Below are positions 47,295 through 55,485 of a stretch of DNA of 64,000 bases, piece after piece (positions within the stretch are counted from its first letter, which is position 1; every line of letters starts with the position of its first letter). Source of the stretch: Candidatus Poribacteria bacterium (lineage in GTDB: Bacteria > Poribacteria > WGA-4E > PCPOR2b); assembly GCA_965116925.1 (NCBI GenBank), contig OZ220744.1, forward strand, positions 4,992,001 to 5,056,000, written 5' to 3'. The notes beneath the pieces were generated by a model. It saw only the letters and a program-made list of their open reading frames with translations, was not told the origin of the DNA and did no database searches. Made by a program: the position numbers and the translations under genes.

Positions 47295-48107
47295 TTAAGT
47301 CCCTAGTGCGCCCTCAAGATAGCGACGAAACGCATCAGGGTCATAAATCAAGGGTCTCTGAATTTCCATTGACGGCAGACGATAAGAGGGCGAATCCTTC
47401 GTAATATAACGCGCCGCCATCGGCGGTCCCCCATCCTCTTCGTCGGGTCCATCAACCCCAACAAGATCGGCATATCGCATTGTCTTACCATCAACCTGAT
47501 ACTCTGTCCCCACAATCCAGAGCCTGCCAAACCGGTATCTTTTTGAGACCTCGCGCTCTGCGATGCTGCTCCAACTCGTGCCTGTAAAAGCGAAATCTTG
47601 TGGCGTAATTCCGAGATGCTTTTTCAATGTTTCATCACACTGCTCCAACTCCGCACGTAATTTTTCGCCGGACGCATCCGCTAGGGAGAGTTCAGACAGG
47701 TTCGGATGCGTCACCGTGTGTGCCCCGATATGCCAGCCGCTTTCTATGAGTTGTCCTATCTCGTCCCAGGTCATGATTTCACGGAGGGAATCCGGTGGCA
47801 TGGGCTTGGCGTAAAGTTCATCCACCGGTCCGGTGTTGATAAATAGATTTCCTGCATAGCCGTACTTGCCCAAGACATCGTGAATCTCATAACGCATCGA
47901 CTTCACGGGGTGATCAAAGTCGAACATGATCGGTCGAGGGGGTAATTTCCCTCGTTCTCGAAACCATTGAGAAAGCTGATTGTAATCAATGGATTCAAAG
48001 TTCAGTTCGGCAGCAATTTTCACCAGTCTATCGAGACGGTCCGAGGTCAATGGGTAGTCGCCATCGTGCCTAATGCCGTGACACATGGTAATTGGGATTC
48101 GGACCAT
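47295..48107 (-). CDS. Polysaccharide deacetylase family protein
   Basis: MFDFDH, MTWDEI, IGAHTVTHPNL. Confidence 0.82.
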   Translation of the reverse strand: MVRIPITMCHGIRHDGDYPLTSDRLDRLVKIAAELNFESIDYNQLSQWFRERGKLPPRPIMFDFDHPVKSMRYEIHDVLGKYGYAGNLFINTGPVDELYAKPMPPDSLREIMTWDEIGQLIESGWHIGAHTVTHPNLSELSLADASGEKLRAELEQCDETLKKHLGITPQDFAFTGTSWSSIAEREVSKRYRFGRLWIVGTEYQVDGKTMRYADLVGVDGPDEEDGGPPMAARYITKDSPSYRLPSMEIQRPLIYDPDAFRRYLEGALGT

Positions 48108-48129
48108 AGAGGAATTCCTTTGAACGGGT

Positions 48130-49002
48130 TTATTTTATTTGGGGCCAGCGATAACGTGGCCATTCGGGGTATCTGTTTGCCTTCTCTTCAACGCGCTCAA
48201 CTTCGACGATCCACGCCTCGCAGTTGGGGGTCTCCAATTCAGGGTTTGAACGACTCCGGGCGACAAAGCCGGGAACATACCAACGTCCAGTCGGTTTCCC
48301 AAGTGCTTGGTAGCGCAGGTCCATACTCCAGCGGATGGTATCCGTGTGATTGACCAGCGAACCGTGCGGGGTCATACTGCTGAACATCACCATGCTGCCT
48401 GCCTTTGTGGGAACTGGCTGCCGCTCCGCCTCTGAGACCTCTTCGGGAGAGATATTTAGACCATCCTCTTCCCAGAGATGCCGTAAAACACCCTCTTTAT
48501 GCCGGCGCGGGGCAACCCATAGGCACCCATTCTCAAGCGTGGTATCCACGAGGGGTATCAAGCACGCCAGAATCAACGTCTCATCGCCATCGGGCAGGTA
48601 AAATCCCGCATCCTGATGCGGACAGGTATACCCTCCCGGTAGGCGTGGGTGGATGTTGTAGGAGGGGTGACATAAAATATCGGAACCCACCATCGACTCA
48701 ACCCGATCAAGAATTTTGGGATGCTTCAGGAACTGAAAAAACGCTTCGTCTTTATGGGCACGGGTTTGTAGTGCCGAAGTCGCTTCAGGTGCTTCGGCAG
48801 CAATTTTTGCCAACCGCTGCTCAAATGACTCGTTTTCGTACAAATCGCTCACCCGCCCGGCTTGATAGAGTTGCTGCGCCTGCGCTTCGACGACAGCACT
48901 GAACTCATCCTTCACCGGGCGTAGGTCATCTTCGGTGAACAGGTTCTCGATAATCAGGTAGCCTTCTTCTCTGAATGTCGCAATCTGTGAATCGTTAAGC
49001 AT
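48130..49002 (-). CDS. PhyH family dioxygenase
   Basis: EGYLII, HQDAGF, ENGCLWV, TPHGS, RWSMDLRY. Confidence 0.92.
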   Translation of the reverse strand: MLNDSQIATFREEGYLIIENLFTEDDLRPVKDEFSAVVEAQAQQLYQAGRVSDLYENESFEQRLAKIAAEAPEATSALQTRAHKDEAFFQFLKHPKILDRVESMVGSDILCHPSYNIHPRLPGGYTCPHQDAGFYLPDGDETLILACLIPLVDTTLENGCLWVAPRRHKEGVLRHLWEEDGLNISPEEVSEAERQPVPTKAGSMVMFSSMTPHGSLVNHTDTIRWSMDLRYQALGKPTGRWYVPGFVARSRSNPELETPNCEAWIVEVERVEEKANRYPEWPRYRWPQIK

Positions 49003-49148
49003 GTCGCAAATGGTCCCTCGCTCATTTTGCGTCGAATAACTCCATTGATCGGACAGACATTATAGCACGATTGGAAAAAAAAGGGGAAAAAAATCAGATC
49101 GAATCAACAAACGACTTGCGATCTATTTCCCAAATGTGTAATATAGTA

Positions 49149-49375
49149 TAGGACTTACGCACTTCAGTTCTAAGAGCAGATAGGGACGCAGATTTCGCTG
49201 ATTGTCGCAGATAAAAAGAGAAAAAAGGATAGAAACCTGTGTGCAACCCCGTTTATCAGTGCTATTTGAATCTAGGACGGACGCACATTCAGTACACGGC
49301 GCGCGATTTTTTTATTTTAAACCCCCTAAAGTCCCCCTGATCAGGGGGACTCGTGAACCAACTGCGTAGGTCCTG
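49149..49375. mobile_element. MITE-like shell B, long copy
   Basis: TAGGACTTACGCA / TGCGTAGGTCCTG ends with ATAGTA duplicated; cargo includes the CCCCCTGA..AGGGGG palindrome. Confidence 0.8.
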
Positions 49376-49451
49376 ATAGTAGATGATCACGCACAAAGTG
49401 TATGGATTGGAAATGGCGGAACGCTGCTCATCAGCGCAGAAAGGAGTCGGT

Positions 49452-50162
49452 ATGGCAAACGTATTGGCGAATATAGGAGGCGGTGCAGAGCTTTTAGAAC
49501 ACGGCATCCGATATGTTCAGGTGGGTGCCCCCGAACCTGATAAGGTCGAAGAACTTCAAGCAGAGCTCAAGGCACAGGGACTGCAAGCGATTGGACTGAC
49601 CGCGTTGTATCTTGAAGAGGATACTGTTGCCACTGAGGCGGCGAGCGAAGCGTGGGTAAACGCCTTTGATGCAGCGGTCAAAATGGGCGTGGATCTCGCA
49701 CTCAGTAGTATCAAAGCCGATGAAGAGATGAGACCGAAGGTCTGCGACTGGCTGAAGACGATGGGCGATGAGGCGGCGCAACGCGGCATCACCGTTGCGC
49801 TCGAAACGCACCCGTCCCTCGTTCATAATGCCGAGGTTGCTTTGAAGACGATGGAGGCGACCGACCATCCGAACATCAGAATCAACTTCGATACGGGGAA
49901 TATCAGTTTCTACACGGATGGGACAGATGCGGTCACGGAACTGAAAAAGATTGCACAGTATGTTGTGAGCACCCATTTGAAGGATCACAGCGGTAATTTT
50001 GACGAATGGGATTTCCCCACACTCGGCGCAGGGTCGGTGGATTTTGCGGGTGTCAAGCAAGTTCTTGAAGGCGTCGGTTTTCAGGGACCGTGGATTATGC
50101 AAGCACCCGGGGATATGAAGCAAGCCGTCGCCCATCTCCGCAGTCTGGGATTCGGTCAGTGA
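49452..50162 (+). CDS. Sugar phosphate isomerase/epimerase
   Basis: AAGGAG RBS; LETH, NFDTGN, HLKD, LGAGSVDF. Confidence 0.87.
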   Translation: MANVLANIGGGAELLEHGIRYVQVGAPEPDKVEELQAELKAQGLQAIGLTALYLEEDTVATEAASEAWVNAFDAAVKMGVDLALSSIKADEEMRPKVCDWLKTMGDEAAQRGITVALETHPSLVHNAEVALKTMEATDHPNIRINFDTGNISFYTDGTDAVTELKKIAQYVVSTHLKDHSGNFDEWDFPTLGAGSVDFAGVKQVLEGVGFQGPWIMQAPGDMKQAVAHLRSLGFGQ

Positions 50163-50278
50163 AACCTATCTTAACGCAAAGACGCAAAGAAACAGAAAAC
50201 CGGATAACGGGAAGACGGGATAACGCGACAAGGACTTCAGCTCGTCTTCTCGTTTTCACGCTTTCTCGTTTTTTCCCA

Positions 50279-51550
50279 CTACGTTTCACGTTCGACGCTT
50301 CCGCCCAACCACGCCGCCCACAGCACCGCTGGGATCACCGTCAAACCCGCCATCCACCAGAAAATTGCGGAGATGCTGAGTGACGCATCGAGTGCCCCGC
50401 CAGCAACCGCAGAACCGACAGCGCTCATCAGCGTGAAAAGGGCAAAATCGGTGGCGAATACCCGTCCCCGAACTGCATCAGGAGCGAGATGCAATAGCAG
50501 TTGTGTCGAGAACACCCAGATAATTCCCCCACCAATCCCGCGGAGAGTGACCCCCAAAAGCACCCAGCCGAAGTGAGCCATCGGCGCGACGATAGCGAGC
50601 CCCACAGCCCCCATCAGGTAGCCCAAAATGATGGCGTTCCGCAACGGGCGATCCCGATCTCCGGTGAAACGACGGGCGACGATTGGACCCACACCTGTCC
50701 CAACGCCGCCCAGCGCGAGCATAAGACCAAGACTGATACCCCCACCCTCTCCGATTACAAAGATATCTTCGGCGATGGCGACCATCGCCACCTGAGACCC
50801 GGAACCCATCACCAGCGCACTGGCGCCCTTATGCAGCGCAACGACCAGTGTGTCGGTGTGCCTGCCGAGATAACGCAAACCGTCAAGGTACTCTCTGAAA
50901 GCACCGCCCATGGTTTTATCCGACCCAGCGAGATCTGGCACCACATCAAGTTTAATCTGGGCGATGAATACGGCTGAGAGGAGAAAGGTCAAGCCGTCGA
51001 TGACAAAGGCGGGGTAGATGCCCCATGCGCCGGACACAATTCCACCGATGGCGGCACCCAAGGCGAGCATAACCGACCAAGTCGCGGATCCCAAAGCGTT
51101 GGCAGCACCGAGTTCCTGTGATGATACAATATCGGGCAAGATCGCATTTCGTGTGGGAAAGAAAAAACCGCCGATCCCAAGTTGGAGGGCGGTCAGGACG
51201 TAAAGCAGCCAGACATCGTCCGCGGTCCGAACCAGAAGGAAGCCGAATGCAACGACGACACGCGCCAAGTCCGTTATGATGAGGGTATATTTGCGGTTAT
51301 AGCGGTCGGCGACCACGCCGGCGATGGGACTGATGAAGAATGGGGCGAGCATACGGACGACGAAGAGGCTGCCGACCGCGAACCCAGACTGGGTCAGTAT
51401 TGCGATGAGCGAAGCGGAAGCGACAAAGTTGAACCAATCCCCTAGGAGACTGATAATCTGTCCAAGCCAGAGCAGGCGAAAATTGCGGTTACCACGAATC
51501 AGTGCACGGTATCCAATCGATTCGCTGCTGTTGGCTGTTGTTGTGCTCAA
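50279..51550 (-). CDS. MFS transporter (MFS_3/DHA3-like)
   Basis: FRLLWLGQIISLLGDW, GVVADRYNRK, RGRV; about 12 TMs; TTG start after AGGAG. Confidence 0.9.
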   Translation of the reverse strand: MSTTTANSSESIGYRALIRGNRNFRLLWLGQIISLLGDWFNFVASASLIAILTQSGFAVGSLFVVRMLAPFFISPIAGVVADRYNRKYTLIITDLARVVVAFGFLLVRTADDVWLLYVLTALQLGIGGFFFPTRNAILPDIVSSQELGAANALGSATWSVMLALGAAIGGIVSGAWGIYPAFVIDGLTFLLSAVFIAQIKLDVVPDLAGSDKTMGGAFREYLDGLRYLGRHTDTLVVALHKGASALVMGSGSQVAMVAIAEDIFVIGEGGGISLGLMLALGGVGTGVGPIVARRFTGDRDRPLRNAIILGYLMGAVGLAIVAPMAHFGWVLLGVTLRGIGGGIIWVFSTQLLLHLAPDAVRGRVFATDFALFTLMSAVGSAVAGGALDASLSISAIFWWMAGLTVIPAVLWAAWLGGSVERET

Positions 51551-51897
51551 GGAGAATCTCCTAGGCTGGTTTAACAAGCTCAGAAAGGTCAGAATCAAAC
51601 AGTGACCACCCCAATGTCCAGTCCACCGCTGCATAAATCTAACAGATGCAATCCGAAATCAAACATCCCCACGAGGTGCTTAACCACCACGACACACAGA
51701 TTGATTAGCAGAACAGTGAACTCCTGAACCAACTCCCACCACCTCACCTCTACCTGACAGGGAGAATCAGCAAATGGATTGCGAAGTTCTTTCAACCCAC
51801 CTTTGACCAGAGCAACGAGTTTAACTTCCAGAATGTCTGATAATGAATTTTATCGGATATTTTCATCGTCTCGAACAGCATTTTTAATATTATCTAA

Positions 51898-52050
51898 TAG
51901 GAGTTACGCAGTTCAGTTTGTAGTAACGCAATTCATTGCGCGTCCGGACGGACGATAAATCACCCTACTACAAACCTAAGGTCTTACTGTAGTTGCCCGA
52001 TTCATCGGGCGTTGGCAACGATGTCTAACGGCGATTCATCGCCGAACTAC
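51898..52050. repeat. Shell B left end with REP cluster, right end missing
   Basis: TAGGAGTTACGCA at 51898; GTAG/CTAC palindromes at 51920, 51989 and 52030. Confidence 0.75.
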
Positions 52051-53594
52051 TGATTTCGATTACGATAAAAAGTAGAATTTTTAGGGTCAAGTTGTATCGC
52101 CTTGTTATGGTCTGCCATAGCGCGGGGATGGTCCCCTGTTATTGCGTAAGCAGAGCCCCGATTGCTATAAGCCTCTGCAAAATCAGGTTTAAGTTGTATC
52201 GCCTTGTTAAAGTTTGCTATAGCGCGGGGATAATCCCTTGTCATTGCGTAAGCAGAGCCCCGATTGTTATAAGCTAGTGCATCATCAGGATTAAGTGCTA
52301 TCGCCTTGTTAAGGTTTGCTATAGCGCGGGGATAGTCCCCTGTTCTGGAGTAAGCGTTACCCCGATTGTTATAAGCATCTGCATAATCAGGTTTAAGTTC
52401 TATTGCCTTGTCATAATCTGCTATCGCACTATCGTAATCACCGAGGTCACTATAGATATTACCACGATTATAATAAGAAATCGGATAACTTGACCGAAGT
52501 TCTATCGCCTTGTTATAGTCTGCCATAGCGCGAGGATAATCTCCCTTGTTGTAATATTGTGCCCCACGGTTGACATAAGTAGGCGCAAAATTGGGTGCGA
52601 GTTCTATCGCTTTGTCATAATCTGCTATCGCACGACTACGCTGTGTATTACCATAAACAGCCCCACGATTGTTATAAGCTAGCGCAAAATCAGGTGCGAG
52701 TTCTATTGCCTTGTCATAATCTGCTTTTGCACGACGGAAATCGCCTTGATCTTTGTAAAAGTTTCCACGATTGTTATAAGCCAGTGCAAAATCGGGGGCG
52801 AGTTCTATCGCCTTGTCATAATCTGCTTTCGTACGCTGGGAATCGCCCTGATCTTTGTAAAAGTTTCCACGATTGTTATAAGCCAGTGCAAAATCGGGGG
52901 CGAGTTCTATCGCCTTGTCATAATCTGCTTTTGCACGACGGAAATCGCCTTTGGTCGCATAAGCAAGCCCCCGATTGCAATAGGCTACGGCATTATCCGA
53001 CTCAAGTTCAATTGCATGTGAGTAACTTTCTATGGCTCTATCTATTTGTTCCGCCATCATTTGATGGTTTCCTTGTTGTATGGCGTTATGAGCTTGATCC
53101 TCCCCCGTATCGTCGGTGTTTTTCTGTTGAGTCTGCATTGCATCAACGGCTTTTCGGATTCCATCTACCACCTTTTGCCAACCTTCGTCTTCAAGTCCTT
53201 GTTGCTTCCATTTGCTAATAGGAGTATCTCCGCTAGGAAGGGCTTGGAAGCCACTCAATTGATGATGTAGCCAATCACAATAGTTCAAGATGATGGGGAG
53301 GATCTCTAATCCTGCGCGTCCCGCTTCAGCGAACTCAGCTTTACAGCCTTTAGAGGCAATGCTATCAGCAGAAACGAGATAGAGAAAAATATCCGAGGAG
53401 GCAACCTTTCTAAGGATAGATTCTTGAGATGCGTTACCTCCCGGAATGATGTTGCCATCATGCCAAATTGCTATTTTGCCTTGCTCCACCATTACATCTA
53501 GGAAGGTTATTAACCTGCACTTCGCCTCGCAATTTTTATGCGAATAGGAAATAAACACTTGTAGCGGTTTGCTCATTCTATTTTTTTCTTTCAT
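52047..53594 (-). CDS. TIR domain + TPR repeat protein (start 53594 or 53576)
   Basis: VFISYSHKN, IWHDGNIIPG, LVSADSIASKGCKAE; about 10 AYNNRG..Y...GDY..A.ADYDKAIEL repeats. Confidence 0.92.
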   Translation of the reverse strand: MKEKNRMSKPLQVFISYSHKNCEAKCRLITFLDVMVEQGKIAIWHDGNIIPGGNASQESILRKVASSDIFLYLVSADSIASKGCKAEFAEAGRAGLEILPIILNYCDWLHHQLSGFQALPSGDTPISKWKQQGLEDEGWQKVVDGIRKAVDAMQTQQKNTDDTGEDQAHNAIQQGNHQMMAEQIDRAIESYSHAIELESDNAVAYCNRGLAYATKGDFRRAKADYDKAIELAPDFALAYNNRGNFYKDQGDSQRTKADYDKAIELAPDFALAYNNRGNFYKDQGDFRRAKADYDKAIELAPDFALAYNNRGAVYGNTQRSRAIADYDKAIELAPNFAPTYVNRGAQYYNKGDYPRAMADYNKAIELRSSYPISYYNRGNIYSDLGDYDSAIADYDKAIELKPDYADAYNNRGNAYSRTGDYPRAIANLNKAIALNPDDALAYNNRGSAYAMTRDYPRAIANFNKAIQLKPDFAEAYSNRGSAYAITGDHPRAMADHNKAIQLDPKNSTFYRNRNQ

Positions 53595-54622
53595 TGATTC
53601 AGTTTTGTCCGTAGCTCCTCTACCGTTCCCGTCCCAAAGTCCACGAGCAGCTGCGAATCATCACCACTCCGCTCTTGAAGAATAATGCCAGGGGTTGACG
53701 AAGATTGAACATCGTCGGAAAGTATAACTGGAAAGATTTCATCTAACGCTGCCTGCATATCCCCTTCAAAGGGCTGACAAGGAATTGATAACGCCGTTAG
53801 GACCCGCTCAAACCGCTTGTAACCGTTTTCATCTCGCAGCTCTACCCAATGGATGTCTGAATCGTCGAGTTGTGCTTTATTCAGGTCGGAGAGTTTATCC
53901 GCAACAAAAACTTGGCTGCTACGGGCATGTACAGCATCCGCACTTTCCGGATTCCCTCTGCCCATCAGCTTCACTTCGCAGCGGTGCCTCAATCCAGCGT
54001 TATCGACCAGATAGAAATCTGCTTCACGTTCCACTTCGCCTGTTGACGCAGAAGAAACAGATTGATTAAAATACCTCAGTGGGACACGGAATAGAGCACA
54101 AAGTGTTGTCATCAACGGTTTCTCAACCTGTTTTCCCGCTGTACTCCATAATCCACCTCGCAACGCGGCGCGTTTGACAGCAAGTGTGTTGATAACGATT
54201 AAACTTTCGTTAATGTTGAGATCTACACTGACCGTCCGAAATTTTATCGTCAACGAGACATCAACATCGCTTTGTTCCGTCAAATCCTGAATCGCATTAA
54301 GTAAGACATCATAATGCTCAGTAGAGGCATCAAGTACAATCTGTTTCGCTGAAGATTCGTACATATTCGTGATTGTTTCCAGGTTCAAACCTAAATGTAC
54401 AGCAATATTCGATTTGTCAAGCTTTGGATTGAGGGATTCCTCTTTGTACCAATCAACTGTCACGGCGTGATTTTTTAACTTTGCATCAACAACGCGACCG
54501 AAAAAATCGACGACATATTGCAAAAATTCGGCATCAATAAGCGCAACAATCTCAGCGCGGTAATCCTCACCCGCTAACAATTTACGGATAATATTCTTTA
54601 TAACAGCACCGGTAATAGTCAT
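53591..54622 (-). CDS. CfrBI-family restriction endonuclease-like protein
   Basis: INTLAVKRAALRGGLWSTAGKQVEKPLM, READF, CEVKLMGRGNPESADA recognised as CfrBI-like PD-(D/E)xK. Confidence 0.78.
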   Translation of the reverse strand: MTITGAVIKNIIRKLLAGEDYRAEIVALIDAEFLQYVVDFFGRVVDAKLKNHAVTVDWYKEESLNPKLDKSNIAVHLGLNLETITNMYESSAKQIVLDASTEHYDVLLNAIQDLTEQSDVDVSLTIKFRTVSVDLNINESLIVINTLAVKRAALRGGLWSTAGKQVEKPLMTTLCALFRVPLRYFNQSVSSASTGEVEREADFYLVDNAGLRHRCEVKLMGRGNPESADAVHARSSQVFVADKLSDLNKAQLDDSDIHWVELRDENGYKRFERVLTALSIPCQPFEGDMQAALDEIFPVILSDDVQSSSTPGIILQERSGDDSQLLVDFGTGTVEELRTKLNQ

Positions 54623-54664
54623 CGTTCTTTTCCCTTGTTGAGTGTCGCTCTGAATTCAGCCAAG

Positions 54665-54799
54665 TTAAAACATCTTCTCAAAATCCTTAATGCTCATACC
54701 AAGGCTTAATCCATAGTATGCCTCTGGAAATGGGGTTCGCGGAGAAGGACCACAACTTTGCATAAGCAGGAGAAACATCACTATCACTATTCTAATCAT
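54665..54799 (-). CDS. 44-aa lipoprotein-like ORF, probably truncated
   Basis: Hand translation MIRIVIVMFLLLMQSCGPSPRTPFPEAYYGLSLGMSIKDFEKMF; start resembles 55028-55327. Confidence 0.45.
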   Translation of the reverse strand: MIRIVIVMFLLLMQSCGPSPRTPFPEAYYGLSLGMSIKDFEKMF

Positions 54800-55027
54800 C
54801 TTTCACCCCATCAGAACCGCATAGCGGTGAAAGGTTCAACGCTGTCTCAATAGCCTTTACCTCATCCATCACAATGGGGAGGCGATCAGCCGATTGCATA
54901 CGGTGAGGTTGTCCGTTCACATCAAACACAATTGGCATCGGTTTAAGTCTACTCACACGACGTTCCAATGTTCGCATCCGCTCCGGTTGTTTCAAGGTTG
55001 CTCGGACAATACGGATAATGCGTTGGG

Positions 55028-55327
55028 TCAGTCAAATTCCCACTCTCCTTTGCTCATGTAGTATTCCACTTCATTGGGGGAGGGTTGTCTCATGGTTATC
55101 TGCCAAGCCCCTTTTTTTTCGTCATAACGAGCCATCAAGATTCTGCCGTTGAGCGTGAGGTATTTGACATAGTTGTTGTGCTGACTTCTGCCTAACTCCT
55201 TGACGTTAGGATAGTCTGTGTTGAAGGTTTCCAGACTAAGATATTGCCCAATGAATTGGGGTTCAGGTTCAGGTGGCATAGCACAACCCACAAGCAATAC
55301 AAGAATTACTATCGCTATTCTAATCAT
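55028..55327 (-). CDS. Small hypothetical lipoprotein
   Basis: GGAGG RBS, MIRIAIVILVLLVGC lipobox. Confidence 0.62.
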   Translation of the reverse strand: MIRIAIVILVLLVGCAMPPEPEPQFIGQYLSLETFNTDYPNVKELGRSQHNNYVKYLTLNGRILMARYDEKKGAWQITMRQPSPNEVEYYMSKGEWEFD

Positions 55328-55485
55328 CTTTTCCTCCATTAGACTTGTGCGTACCATTTTCACCGCACATGGCTGCCCAATCATACTGTGTTAAGGTAGG
55401 TATGGCTGTCGTCTTTAATCCGTGTAATCCGTTAATCCGTGTTAATCCGCGATTCAGACAATAATATCCGGAGAATTAAATGACC

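Noticed and set aside
51595..51795. 66-aa ORF upstream of the MFS gene
   Set aside because: No RBS or recognisable family; coding status unsupported
52047..53000. TPR nucleotide repeats as a diversity-generating retroelement TR/VR pair
   Set aside because: All copies are in-frame coding, differences are not adenine-specific, and there is no reverse transcriptase in the window
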